From Candidatus Saccharimonadota bacterium (lineage in GTDB: Bacteria; Pseudomonadota; Gammaproteobacteria; Johnevansiales; Johnevansiaceae): a DNA stretch of 32,000 nt. Within the stretch, counting starts at the first letter, position 1. The number at the start of each line of letters is the position of its first letter. Shown here piece after piece: positions 12,072 through 21,427 of the stretch. Under the pieces are notes generated by a model. That model worked only from the letters and a program-made list of their open reading frames with translations, ran no database searches and was not told where the DNA came from. A program made the position numbers and the translations under genes. The stretch lies in contig NC_018677.1 in the NCBI RefSeq assembly GCF_000300075.1, forward strand, positions 120,001-152,000, given 5' to 3'.

Positions 12072-13283
12072 ATTAAATATATAGAAATAAAAGCCCCTAG
12101 ATTTCCTGAATCTGTAAATGAAGGTACTGTTGCTACTTGGCATAAAAAACCTGGTGATAAAATTTCACCATATGAACTTATTGTTGAAGTAGAAACGGAT
12201 AAAGTTTTGCTTGAGGTTGTTTCACCAACTGAAGGGTTTCTTCAAATTATAAAGATACCAGTAGGTAAAAAATGCAAATCCGAGCAATTGTTAGGTATTA
12301 TTGTAGCACAAAAAGAAGAAGGTTTTTATAGTTCAGGTTCATCAAGCACAAGCACAAACATCAAACAGCAAAAATTGTGTAAAAAAGAGCAAAAGGTAGA
12401 TGAATCAGAAAAACAAGAATTAAAACAGTTTTATAAACAAGCAATAGAATTAGAAGAAAGTTATTCACCAGAGGTACGTAAGGCTAAGACTAGTATAGAT
12501 GTTGAAAACTTATTTGAGAATGGCACAGTACAAGATAAAAGGGTAAATATTAGAAAAGAAAATGTTAAATATAGTATTAATGAAATTGGAGTTAAAAGAG
12601 TACAATTAAGTCGTTTACGTCAGACGATTACTAAACGTATCGTGAAAGCTCAAAAAAATGCTGCAATGTTAACTACTTATAATGAAGTAGATATGGGTAA
12701 TATATTAGAAATACGCACAAAATATCGAGAACTATTTGAAAAGAAACATGGAACTAAGCTAGGGTTAATGGGATTTTTTGTAAAAGCTTGTACGGTGGCG
12801 CTAAAACAGTTCAAAAAAGTAAATGCAGTTATTGATGATAAAGAAATTGTTTATCATAATTATCAAGACATAGGAATAGCAGTTTCTACAAATAGGGGTT
12901 TAGTTGTTCCTATTTTAAGGCATACTGATTCTATAAAAATAGAAGAAATAGAAAAAAAAATTATGGATTTTAGGAAACGTGGTGTTGATGGAAAATTAAG
13001 TATTAAAGAATTAACTGGTGGAACTTTTACGATAAGTAATGGAGGAGTTTTTGGATCTCTGTTTTCTACTCCTATTATTAATCCCCCTCAAACTGCTATT
13101 TTGGGAATGCATAAAATTCAAAACCGTCCTGTAGTTTTAAAAGGAGAAATAGTTATACGGCCTATGATGTATTTAGCCTTGTCGTATGATCATCGTCTTA
13201 TTGATGGAAAAGATGCAGTTAATTTTTTATTTTTTGTTAAGGAGCTTTTAGAACAACCCATTCGTTTTATATTAAACATTTAA
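12072..13283 (+). CDS. sucB: dihydrolipoyllysine-residue succinyltransferase (E2o); start codon non-canonical and uncertain
   Basis: The catalytic domain carries [10 protein letters not shown]. The ORF track begins at TTG 12207, but the same frame is open from 12054 and encodes an intact lipoyl domain (..[20 protein letters not shown]...[12 protein letters not shown]). There is no ATG, GTG or TTG in frame upstream of 12207. ATT at 12072 sits 8 nt after an AGGA at 12060-12063. Confidence 0.85.
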   Translation: MKYIEIKAPRFPESVNEGTVATWHKKPGDKISPYELIVEVETDKVLLEVVSPTEGFLQIIKIPVGKKCKSEQLLGIIVAQKEEGFYSSGSSSTSTNIKQQKLCKKEQKVDESEKQELKQFYKQAIELEESYSPEVRKAKTSIDVENLFENGTVQDKRVNIRKENVKYSINEIGVKRVQLSRLRQTITKRIVKAQKNAAMLTTYNEVDMGNILEIRTKYRELFEKKHGTKLGLMGFFVKACTVALKQFKKVNAVIDDKEIVYHNYQDIGIAVSTNRGLVVPILRHTDSIKIEEIEKKIMDFRKRGVDGKLSIKELTGGTFTISNGGVFGSLFSTPIINPPQTAILGMHKIQNRPVVLKGEIVIRPMMYLALSYDHRLIDGKDAVNFLFFVKELLEQPIRFILNI

Positions 13284-13288
13284 CTGTA

Positions 13289-14722
13289 ATGAGAAAAACA
13301 AATATGGTATCTCTTTTTGATGTAATTGTCATAGGTTCAGGTCCAGCTGGTTACGTCGCTGCAATAAGATCTGCGCAATTAGGACTTAAAACTGCTTGTG
13401 TTGAACAATGGATGAATAATGGAAGAGTTGTTTATGGCGGTACTTGCTTAAATGTTGGGTGTATACCTTCAAAAACTTTATTAGAAATATCACATAAGTT
13501 TATTGATGCTAAGGCGAATTTCGAAAAAATAGGTATAAATTTTGAAAATATTAGTATAAATGTAAAAAAAATGATCAGGCATAAAAATAAAATTGTTTAT
13601 AGCTTAAATGATGGAATTGCAGCTTTGTTCAAAGCTAATGGTGTTGTAGTATTAAGAGGATCTGGTAAGATTTTAACAAAAAAAACAGTAGAAGTGTTAC
13701 ATAAAGGTAAGCTTTGTAATTTTAAAGCTAAGAATATTATTATTGCTTCAGGATCTATACCTCGTTGCCTAAATCAGGTCCCTTTTAACGGCGATACTAT
13801 AATAGACTCTGCAGCTGCTTTAAATTTACAAGAGGTACCTAATCGTTTAGGTATAATCGGAGCAGGTATTATTGGGATAGAATTAGGCTCAGTTTGGAGT
13901 CGGCTAGGTAGCAAAGTTACTATATTTGAATCTTTAGATAAGTTATTACCAGTTATTGACTTTTCTTTATCAAAACAAATATCGCAAATTTTAAAAAAAC
14001 AAGGGTTAAATATAAAATTTAATGTGCGTATTATTGGTAGTGAAATTGTAAATAACGAAGTAAAAGTTAGATTTATAGATCATTTTGGTGAGCATTGCTT
14101 AACTTTTGATAAGTTGATAGTTTGTATTGGTAGGATGCCTTTTACACAATCGTTAATAGATAAAGAGAGTGGTCTAGTTATTGCCACTAATGGCTTTATT
14201 AAAGTTGACAGACAATGCAAAACAAATTTATCAGGAATTTACGCTGTTGGAGACGTTGTTAGGGGTCCTATGTTAGCACATAAAGCGGCTCAAGAAGGCA
14301 TAATGGTGGCTGAGCTTATAGCAGGGAATCAGGTACAGTTAAATTATGATACTATTCCAGGGGTAATTTATACAAGTCCAGAAGTAGCTTGGGTTGGCAA
14401 AAATGAACAGCAGCTTATTTCATATGGCATAAAAAATTACAAAATAGGTATTTTTCCTTTTGCTAATTGTGGTAGAGCTAGGACAAGTAATGAAATACAA
14501 GGTCTTGTAAAAATAATTACAGATGTTAACGATATAATTTTGGGTGTGCATATTATTGGCCACAATGCTAGTGAATTAATTGCTCAGGGTGTTATTGCTA
14601 TGGAATTTAGTTCAAGTGCAGAGGATTTAGCTTTAACTTGCTTTGCTCATCCAACTCTCTCAGAAGCAATACACGAAGCAGCTTGTACTGCATCATTAGG
14701 CAATACGATTCATAATATTTAA
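13289..14722 (+). CDS. lpdA: dihydrolipoyl dehydrogenase (E3)
   Basis: Motifs present: VIGSGPAGY FAD-binding motif, redox-active disulfide GGTCLNVGCIPSK, a GAGIIGIELG NAD fold, and C-terminal HAHPTLSEA. An alternative start is ATG 13304. Confidence 0.94.
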   Translation: MRKTNMVSLFDVIVIGSGPAGYVAAIRSAQLGLKTACVEQWMNNGRVVYGGTCLNVGCIPSKTLLEISHKFIDAKANFEKIGINFENISINVKKMIRHKNKIVYSLNDGIAALFKANGVVVLRGSGKILTKKTVEVLHKGKLCNFKAKNIIIASGSIPRCLNQVPFNGDTIIDSAAALNLQEVPNRLGIIGAGIIGIELGSVWSRLGSKVTIFESLDKLLPVIDFSLSKQISQILKKQGLNIKFNVRIIGSEIVNNEVKVRFIDHFGEHCLTFDKLIVCIGRMPFTQSLIDKESGLVIATNGFIKVDRQCKTNLSGIYAVGDVVRGPMLAHKAAQEGIMVAELIAGNQVQLNYDTIPGVIYTSPEVAWVGKNEQQLISYGIKNYKIGIFPFANCGRARTSNEIQGLVKIITDVNDIILGVHIIGHNASELIAQGVIAMEFSSSAEDLALTCFAHPTLSEAIHEAACTASLGNTIHNI

Positions 14723-15232
14723 TTAATCTTAATTTCATAGAATGGAAATTAGTTGTTACATATACTTGTTGTTTATTATTAATAGAGTATATATTTCTCT
14801 TTCACAAATTTGGGTAAATTTTATTTTGTATTGTTGCCATTAGTTAATACAAAAAACTAAGAATGTACTAAGTTAAAAATTAACAGTTTATTTCTTTAAA
14901 GACTTTTTATAACAGGTTATTTATTGCTTGTACATTAAAAACTTTTGTTATTGATATATTAATTTTATTAACAGTTTGTTGTTAGAAGTAAAACGTTATT
15001 ATTAATAATTTTCATAATTTGGTTGATAACTATTTAAGATATTCTATGTTGTGTTTAAAATTTGTGCTTTTTTTTTTATTTTTTTTTGATTAAGATGTTA
15101 ACTGTTTTTTCTGTTTTGTTTGTTTTATGGTGTATGTTTATTTTGTGTTTTTTTTTGCTTTTGTTTTTTATGTAATATTTTTAAGTTTTGTTGTTAGTTT
15201 TTCTTCTTTGTTTTTATTGTTATGTTTTTTAT

Positions 15233-15263
15233 TAGAGGTTTTAGGTTGCTTTAAAGATTTAAG
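15233..15263 (+). repeat. Copy of the dispersed spacer module TAGAGGTT(NNAGGTT)GCTTTWAAGATTTAAG
   Basis: tagaggttttaggttgctttaaagatttaag. Compare 5766-5796 tagaggttaaaggttgctttaaagattaaag (+), 7131-7161 (reverse complement tagaggttaaaggttgcttttaagatttaag), 21004-21027 (reverse complement tagaggttgcttttaagatttaag) and the partial copy at 21074-21094. Confidence 0.8.
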
Positions 15264-15863
15264 CTGTTGTATTAAAGAGTTTTTTTTTGTGAGGTTGTTT
15301 AGAGTTTTGTTTTTTGTTATTACTTAGTAGTTGTTAGTTGTTAAAATTGGTTATTACTTATTAGTTGTATAGAGAAAGTGAAGTTGTGTATATTAGTATT
15401 GTTTGTAAATAAGGTTGTTGTAAATGTGGTATAAAGGTTGTTGTAAAAAATATTGTATTATTACTGTTGTTAATGATAGAAATATATAAAAATAGATGTT
15501 AAGTGATGGTATTTGGTATTACTAAATAGTTGTGTGTTTTGTGTTAGGCATAATTAGTAAAGGTATTGTGGTTGTGTATTATGTGAGATTGTAAAAGGTT
15601 GGTGGTTGTAAAACAGTTCGTGGTTAAATGAAAAAGTGTTGTATTATAAAAAGAAAAAAATAGTAACTTATTTGTATTTTTTATGAATGGAATTGGGTGA
15701 AAGGTGTATAATGTGTGTATTTGTATTACATGAAAAATGAAATTGTATTGTATTTAGTATTATTATTATTGTGTTAGGTGATGTGGTAATGTGTTGTAGT
15801 TGTGTATTTGATGATTTGTGTAAATGTGTTGTAGTAGTATATGGTGTAAGAGTTTTAAAAAGG

Positions 15864-15930
15864 TTGCTGGTTTGTGTAGTTGTTTTAAAAGAAAGTAAAA
15901 GATTGCTGGTTTGTGTAGTTGTTTTTAAAA
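15864..15930. repeat. Direct repeat, 39-nt period, 2 copies
   Basis: ttgctggtttgtgtagttgtttt..aaaa starts at 15864 and again at 15903. Confidence 0.85.
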
Positions 15931-15987
15931 AACAAGTAAGAAGTTGTAAAAAAAAAGAAGGAAAAGGAAAAAATTGGCAATTGGCAG

Positions 15988-16005
15988 TTGGGGTTGGGGT
16001 TGGGG
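15988..16005 (+). repeat. (TTGGGG)x3
   Basis: ttggggttggggttgggg read directly. It is followed by a gtagtttgtagt heptad motif. Confidence 0.9.
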
Positions 16006-16110
16006 TTTTGTAGTTTGTAGTCGTATGTTGTAGGTGTGATATGTATAAGATGTTAGAAGTTGTTGTTAGCTGGTAGGAGTTGTGCTAAATGTACTTTGTT
16101 ATTATTTATT

Positions 16111-16131
16111 AGCAGTTAGCAGTTAGCAGTT
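16111..16131. repeat. (AGCAGTT)x3 heptamer array
   Basis: agcagttagcagttagcagtt read directly. Confidence 0.9.
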
Positions 16132-16420
16132 TTGTGAGGTTGTTTTGTGTTTTGAAGTTTGTTAATTTGTGTAAGGTGGAAGAAAAAAGTTATAATTGTT
16201 AGTAAATAAATGTGTTATAAAATATTAAAAGAATTTATATAAGTGGTGATAAGTAAAAGGTAGGTTGTATAAAAGGGAAAAAAAAGTTGTAGTAAAAGTT
16301 GTAGTTAGTTTATTAATGGAAAAGATTTATAAAATAAACAGAAGGGATTTAGTTAATTGAAAAATGTAGAGGGTTAAAGTAAGATAATAGATTGGTGTTG
16401 TTGAAATAAGTAGTAAAATT

Positions 16421-16498
16421 AGTAATAGTAGTAAGATGTAAAAGAAGGGTTGTTAAGTTGGTAGTAATAGTAGGTAAATGTAAAAGAAGGGTTGTTAA
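16421..16498. repeat. 36-nt segment duplicated with a 42-nt period, ending 13 nt before the rpsF ATG
   Basis: agtaatagtagtaagatgtaaaagaagggttgttaa (16421-16456) versus agtaatagtaggtaaatgtaaaagaagggttgttaa (16463-16498): 33 of 36 positions identical. Confidence 0.85.
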
Positions 16499-16511
16499 TA
16501 AGGACAAAAAT

Positions 16512-16799
16512 ATGAATTATGAAATAAATATATTATTAAATGTAAATAATGACAATTTAACATCAGAAAATATAAAAAAGTTAATTAAAATTATTATTGA
16601 AAATAATGGAAGAATAACCAAGTTGGAAGACTTAGGGAATTTAAATTTATATTATTTAATAAAAAAGCAAAAACAAGCTAATATTATATTAATAAACATA
16701 GATTGTGAAAAATATGTTATAAAAAAATTAGAAAAAAGACTTAAATATAATGAAGTGATAATTAGATATATTATTATAAAAAATCTAAGGCAAAAATAA
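16512..16799 (+). CDS. rpsF: 30S ribosomal protein S6
   Basis: MNYEINILLN.. aligns with S6 N-termini (E. coli MRHYEIVFMV). aaggac lies just upstream. The ORF-track start at 16458 (TTG) adds 18 residues translated from repeat sequence. Confidence 0.85.
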   Translation: MNYEINILLNVNNDNLTSENIKKLIKIIIENNGRITKLEDLGNLNLYYLIKKQKQANIILINIDCEKYVIKKLEKRLKYNEVIIRYIIIKNLRQK

Positions 16800-16821
16800 A
16801 AGTTAATAAGTAGGAAAAAAT

Positions 16822-17061
16822 ATGTTATTTCGTAAAAAAAAATATTGTAGATTTACGGCTGAAAAAGTTAAAGAAATAGATTATAAAAAAAATGATATAT
16901 TAAAATTATATATTGCTGAAAATGGAAAAATAATTCCAAGTAGAATAACAGGTACTAAAGTAAGATACCAGAGAAAATTAACTAAAGCAATAAAAAAAGC
17001 AAGATACTTTGGATTATTACCTTATACTGATAAAAATTATAACAAAAATGGGGGTTGTTGA
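16822..17061 (+). CDS. rpsR: 30S ribosomal protein S18
   Basis: [20 protein letters not shown]...[32 protein letters not shown] closely parallels E. coli S18. Confidence 0.93.
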   Translation: MLFRKKKYCRFTAEKVKEIDYKKNDILKLYIAENGKIIPSRITGTKVRYQRKLTKAIKKARYFGLLPYTDKNYNKNGGC

Positions 17062-17066
17062 TAGAT

Positions 17067-17498
17067 ATGAATGTTATATTAATTTCGAAAAATAGTAACA
17101 GTGGAAAAAAAGGTACGATAGTAAGTGTAAATAAAGGTTATGCTAGAAACTTTTTAATAAGAAAAGGTTTTGCAATTATAGCAAAGAAAAAAAATATAGA
17201 ATATTTAAAACAAATGCGTAAGCACTATTTAAAGGAATATAAGCTATATATATACAAAATAAAAACAAAATTAAAAAATGTAAAGATAGAGATATTTTGT
17301 AAGTCAGGACAAACAGGAAAACTAGTTGGTTCGATAGGAAGGCGTTATTTATCAAAAGTTTTTTATGAAAAGTATGAAATTAAAATAAATAAAAAGCACA
17401 TAACCATAAAAAAAAATATAATAAAAAAGTTTGGAGAGTATAAAATAAGTTTATATGAACAAATAAATATAAAAATAAATATACAGAAATATAAATGA
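17067..17498 (+). CDS. rplI: 50S ribosomal protein L9
   Basis: MNVILISK...VNKGYARNFLIRKGFAI parallels E. coli L9 (MQVILLDK..VKAGYARNFLVPQGKAV). The ORF-track TTG at 17055 overlaps the rpsR stop, so ATG 17067 is preferred. Confidence 0.88.
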   Translation: MNVILISKNSNSGKKGTIVSVNKGYARNFLIRKGFAIIAKKKNIEYLKQMRKHYLKEYKLYIYKIKTKLKNVKIEIFCKSGQTGKLVGSIGRRYLSKVFYEKYEIKINKKHITIKKNIIKKFGEYKISLYEQINIKINIQKYK

Positions 17499-18853
17499 AA
17501 AAAATCATTAATGATAAAAAACAAACCAAAACACCTCCTCATTCAGTAGAAGCAGAAAAAGCACTACTAGGTGGTGTAATGCTTGATAATGCCGCGTGGA
17601 AAAAAATATCTGAAATTATTAAAAATGAAGATTTCTATAGTATAGAACATAAATATATATTTGATGCCATTACACATATAGCAGAAAAAAATAATAAAGT
17701 AGATATGGTAACGGTTGCGGAATCGTTAGAAACAAACAATAAATTACAAAAAATTGGTGGAATAAGTTATTTAACAGAATTATCTAGAAATACTCATTCA
17801 ATACATAATATTGTTGCTTATGCAGATATAGTTAGAGAATGTTCAAATTTGCGAAATTTAATAAGAATCTCAAAAAAAATAGCAGAAGAAGCTTTTAATA
17901 GAAATGGTAAAAAGGTGCAAGACATAATACACAAAGCTGAAAAATTAATATTGACAATGGCAGAATCGAGATATAGAGTTAAAAAAACAAATTTATTAAA
18001 TTTAAATGAATTATTAAATAAAACAATAAATAGTATAAATAAAATGTATAGTACAAAAAGTTCTATGACTGGTTTACTAACAGGATTTAATGAATTAGAT
18101 AATATGACTTCTGGCTTTCAAAAAGCAGATTTAATAATAATAGCAGGTAGACCGTCTATGGGTAAGACGAGTTTTGCAATGAATATCGTAGAATATATTA
18201 TAAAAACCAATAAATCTGATCCAGTAATAATCTTTTCTATGGAAATGCCTGCAGAGCAATTAATATTGCGATTGTTATCTTCAGTAGGACGTATAGATCA
18301 AACGAATATAAGAAAAGGTAATATAGGAGAAGAGGATTGGTTGAAATTAACGGAATCATTAAAGAAAATAAAGAATTGTAAATTATATATAGATGATACC
18401 CCAATGATTACCCCAATAGATATAAGAAAAACAATAAAAAAATGTATAAGAGATACGGGAAAAATAAGTTTAATAATGATAGATTATTTACAATTAATGC
18501 ATGTATCTTCTTCTTTTATATCATATAATCGTACGGCTGAAATTTCCGAAATATCTAGATCTTTAAAAAGTATAGCTAAAGAATTTAATTGTCCTATATT
18601 AGCTGTATCACAATTAAATAGATCATTAGAACAAAGAAACAATAAACGGCCAATAATTTCAGATTTAAGAGAATCAGGTGCAATAGAACAAGATGCAGAT
18701 TTAATTTTATTTATTTATAGAGATGAAGTATATAATAGTGATTGTTTAGATAATAAAGGTATTGCGGAGTTAATAATAGGAAAACAAAGAAATGGGCCAA
18801 TAGGTGTTATTAACATTAGATTTACAGGAAAATATACTAAATTTGAAAATTAA
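17495..18853 (+). CDS. dnaB: replicative DNA helicase
   Basis: 452-aa ORF with PPHSVEAEKALLGG, Walker A GRPSMGKTS, IDYLQLM, SQLNRSLEQR and RESGAIEQDADL. Its ATG overlaps the rplI stop (ATGA). Confidence 0.95.
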   Translation: MKKIINDKKQTKTPPHSVEAEKALLGGVMLDNAAWKKISEIIKNEDFYSIEHKYIFDAITHIAEKNNKVDMVTVAESLETNNKLQKIGGISYLTELSRNTHSIHNIVAYADIVRECSNLRNLIRISKKIAEEAFNRNGKKVQDIIHKAEKLILTMAESRYRVKKTNLLNLNELLNKTINSINKMYSTKSSMTGLLTGFNELDNMTSGFQKADLIIIAGRPSMGKTSFAMNIVEYIIKTNKSDPVIIFSMEMPAEQLILRLLSSVGRIDQTNIRKGNIGEEDWLKLTESLKKIKNCKLYIDDTPMITPIDIRKTIKKCIRDTGKISLIMIDYLQLMHVSSSFISYNRTAEISEISRSLKSIAKEFNCPILAVSQLNRSLEQRNNKRPIISDLRESGAIEQDADLILFIYRDEVYNSDCLDNKGIAELIIGKQRNGPIGVINIRFTGKYTKFEN

Positions 18854-19600
18854 AAAAACAAAAGAAGTAGGTTGAAAAAAGAATTTATAAGAAACAGGTA
18901 TAATAAACATTTTCATTTACACTTAAATAATTAATATAAAAATTTTGATTAGATTGTAGAATTAGGATCATGTTCCGTTTATGAGTATGTTTTATTTACG
19001 AACGAATCTTTTAACTACATACAACATAAACTGGTTATTTTATATATAACTAATACAGAACAGAAAGCAGTTATAAAAAAGTAACAAACATACTAGTTAT
19101 TCAATAGAAATTGATAATGAGATAAAAAAAAGTTATTAAAATTTAAAGTGATTGAAGTAACTTTAAAAGTATTTGAGTTATAGCAAGGTTTAATTATAAA
19201 ATATATGTAAAATTCACTAATAAATAAAATATATGGATAAAATTACGGTTTCAAAACGAAGTAGCACAGAAAGAGAGTTGTAGCTTTTATTGATAAAAGT
19301 TTGTGTAGTATTTCAATTAGTGATTGTACAAAAGTTTTGTAAAGTGTTTACAGTATTTACTTAAAGTTAATGCATTAAAAGTTTGTAAAAGAAGTTAAAA
19401 TAAAGTTAAGTTAATACCTTATAATAAATAAGATTAAACGATAATAAACAGTATATAAATTGTAAGAAAATATTCTTCAAAGAAACGGCAAACATTACAA
19501 AAGAAATTAAAGTGATAAAAAAATAGGTCAAACAAAAAACAACCAAGCAAAAATATTAACAATAAACTAATTTGTAAAACTAACAAAGACAATAATTGAA

Positions 19601-20623
19601 TTAAAATAAAGGATATTTAAGTTCTTCTAAACACCAAGTAGGGCGTATAAGAAGTTTGTTAGTTATTTTTTCTCCTGAAGTGAGCCTCAAAGCTCCGACA
19701 TAAGCAATCATTGCAGCATTATCTGTACAAAGAACTTGGTCAGGAAAAGTAATTTGAAAATTATTAAGTTTATTTTTAAAAAACAAATTAAAATGTTTAC
19801 GTAAAGTCTTATTTGCACTTACACCGCCTGAAATTAGAAGACAAGATCTACCATAATAAATTAAGGCTTTATAACATTTGTAGCTTAGCATATTAAGAAC
19901 ATATTCTTCAAAGGATTTTGCTAAATTAGCCTTATATTGATATTTATTAGTGTATTTGAATTGTTTTAAATAATTTAAAATATATGTTTTAAGTCCAGAA
20001 AAACTGAAAGTTATATTATTTCTTAATATTTTAGGAAAGTTTTGTTTTTTTATTTTACCAAAACAGGCTAAATGGGATAACCTTACCCCTCCGGGATAAT
20101 ACAGTTTAAGGACTTTTGCTATTTTATCAAAAGTTTCTCCAAGAGAAACATCTTTGGATTCTCCTAGTATTTTGTAATGGCCTATATTTTGAACATCAAT
20201 TAGTTGAGTATTACCTCCAGAAATTAATAAACAAATAAAAGGAAAATCAGGTTTTTTTTTATTGATCATAGCTGAAAATATATGCCCTTCTAAATGATTA
20301 ATTCCTAAAATAGGCAGTTTAAGTGTATAAGAAATGCTATAAGCAATATAGGCTCCAATAAGCAAAGATTGGTATAATCCAGGTCCCGCAGTATAGGCTA
20401 TTGCGTTGATATTAGTTGTATGAATTTGAAATTTAAAGAATAAAGATTTAATAATAGGAATTATTTTATTTAAATGATAAAATGAAGAAAATTTTGGTAT
20501 GACGCCTCCAAAAATAGTATGTATAGTTTGAGTATATTTTTTTGTTGTAATTAAACCAGACTTAGTATCATATATGGCAATGCATGTGTCATCACAAGAT
20601 GTTTCAATTCCTAAAATAATCAT
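19601..20623 (-). CDS. tsaD: tRNA N6-adenosine threonylcarbamoyltransferase (Kae1/Gcp family)
   Basis: [19 protein letters not shown] matches the TsaD N-terminus (E. coli [19 protein letters not shown]). NHLEGH and LISGGVSAN motifs are present. It is divergent from rpsU, as in many Gammaproteobacteria. Confidence 0.93.
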   Translation of the reverse strand: MIILGIETSCDDTCIAIYDTKSGLITTKKYTQTIHTIFGGVIPKFSSFYHLNKIIPIIKSLFFKFQIHTTNINAIAYTAGPGLYQSLLIGAYIAYSISYTLKLPILGINHLEGHIFSAMINKKKPDFPFICLLISGGNTQLIDVQNIGHYKILGESKDVSLGETFDKIAKVLKLYYPGGVRLSHLACFGKIKKQNFPKILRNNITFSFSGLKTYILNYLKQFKYTNKYQYKANLAKSFEEYVLNMLSYKCYKALIYYGRSCLLISGGVSANKTLRKHFNLFFKNKLNNFQITFPDQVLCTDNAAMIAYVGALRLTSGEKITNKLLIRPTWCLEELKYPLF

Positions 20624-20663
20624 GTTACTATTATATTATATAAAACTTTTAAAAGGAAAAAAA

Positions 20664-20879
20664 ATGCCTTATATTAAAATAAGAGAGAATGAATCATTTG
20701 AGGTTGCTTTAAGACGTTTTAAAAGATCTTGTGAAAAAGGAGGGTTATTGGCAGAAGTACGTCGCAGAGAATTTTATGAAAAACCTACAACTGTTCGTAA
20801 ACGAAAAGCAGCTGCTGCTATAAAGCGTTATATTAAAAAGATTAAGCGTGAACATACCCGGTTTGAACGTAAATATTAA
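20664..20879 (+). CDS. rpsU: 30S ribosomal protein S21
   Basis: [43 protein letters not shown] is near-identical in pattern to E. coli S21. aaggaaaa lies upstream. The ORF-track start at 20574 lies inside tsaD on the opposite strand and is rejected. Confidence 0.95.
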   Translation: MPYIKIRENESFEVALRRFKRSCEKGGLLAEVRRREFYEKPTTVRKRKAAAAIKRYIKKIKREHTRFERKY

Positions 20880-20984
20880 TTTCGTTAAATTCAACAAACA
20901 TGGTATAATAAACACAGCTTATAACAGCAAATACTTTAAAAGCAACCTCAAAATTCTAATTAAAACAACAAAACAACATCTAAT

Positions 20985-21146
20985 AAATAAACCTCAAACA
21001 TAACTTAAATCTTAAAAGCAACCTCTAAAAGCTAAACTCTAAACTCTAAAATCTTAAATCTTAAATCTTAAATCTTAAAACTTAAAAGCAACCTAAAACA
21101 TCTACTAACAAATAAACCTCAAACATAACTTAAATCTTAAAAGCAA
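20985..21146. repeat. Perfect 37-nt direct repeat (20985-21021 and 21110-21146) flanking heptamer arrays (AAACTCT)x2 and (AAATCTT)x4-5 at 21034-21083
   Basis: aaataaacctcaaacataacttaaatcttaaaagcaa occurs twice, identically. AAATCTT units start at 21049, 21056, 21063 and 21070, with a variant at 21077. Confidence 0.9.
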
Positions 21147-21427
21147 AAAATAACCAACTAATAAAAAATAAAATGCAAGAAAAAAAAACATAACAGCTAA
21201 CATTAAAAGAAGATAACAGTAAACAAAGAACAAAGGTATAAACAAAAAAAACGGAATATGCAGAACATCAACTAAATATATTAATGTATGTAAATTATAC
21301 ACATAGAGTGCAATATAAAAATAGTTCAGGAGTAGAAAGTGGAAAGTAGTTGATTAAAGCAATATAAGTAATATTATAAAATTAGTGTGACAGAGAGAGT
21401 AAAAATAAAGATTATGTTGAGAAAAAT

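Noticed and set aside
14731-14750. Hairpin aatttc-atagaatg-gaaatt just after lpdA as a Rho-independent terminator
   Set aside because: The stem is only 6 bp and entirely A/T except for one G-C pair, and no T-run follows. It cannot be told apart from chance in this composition.
15988-16005. (TTGGGG)x3 as a telomere-like element
   Set aside because: There are only three units, they are internal to a spacer, and the surrounding gene order is typical of a bacterial chromosome. I treat it as one more short repeat, with at most G-quadruplex relevance.
15127-16013. ORFs 15127-15327(+) and 15771-16013(+) in the lpdA-rpsF spacer
   Set aside because: The translations are Val/Phe/Cys/Leu/Gly strings that simply reflect C-depleted G+T repeats. 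For example, the 39-nt repeat gives KRLLVCVVV twice. There is no RBS and no recognisable family.
16800-16821. Absence of priB between rpsF and rpsR as a lineage-specific loss
   Set aside because: The arrangement rpsF-rpsR-rplI-dnaB without priB is the normal layout in Pseudomonas and Oceanospirillales-type Gammaproteobacteria. It is probably ancestral here and is a taxonomic clue, not an anomaly.
21105-21302. ORF 21105-21302(-) in the rpsU-rpoD spacer
   Set aside because: It is the reverse-strand translation of A+C heptamer repeats (a Phe/Leu/Tyr-rich string), with no RBS or homology signal.
21350-21377. Sigma-70-like promoter upstream of rpoD: TTGATT, 16-nt spacer, TATTAT
   Set aside because: It is plausible on paper, but hexamers of this quality occur by chance many times in AT-rich spacers. 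It is not reported as a feature without TSS data.
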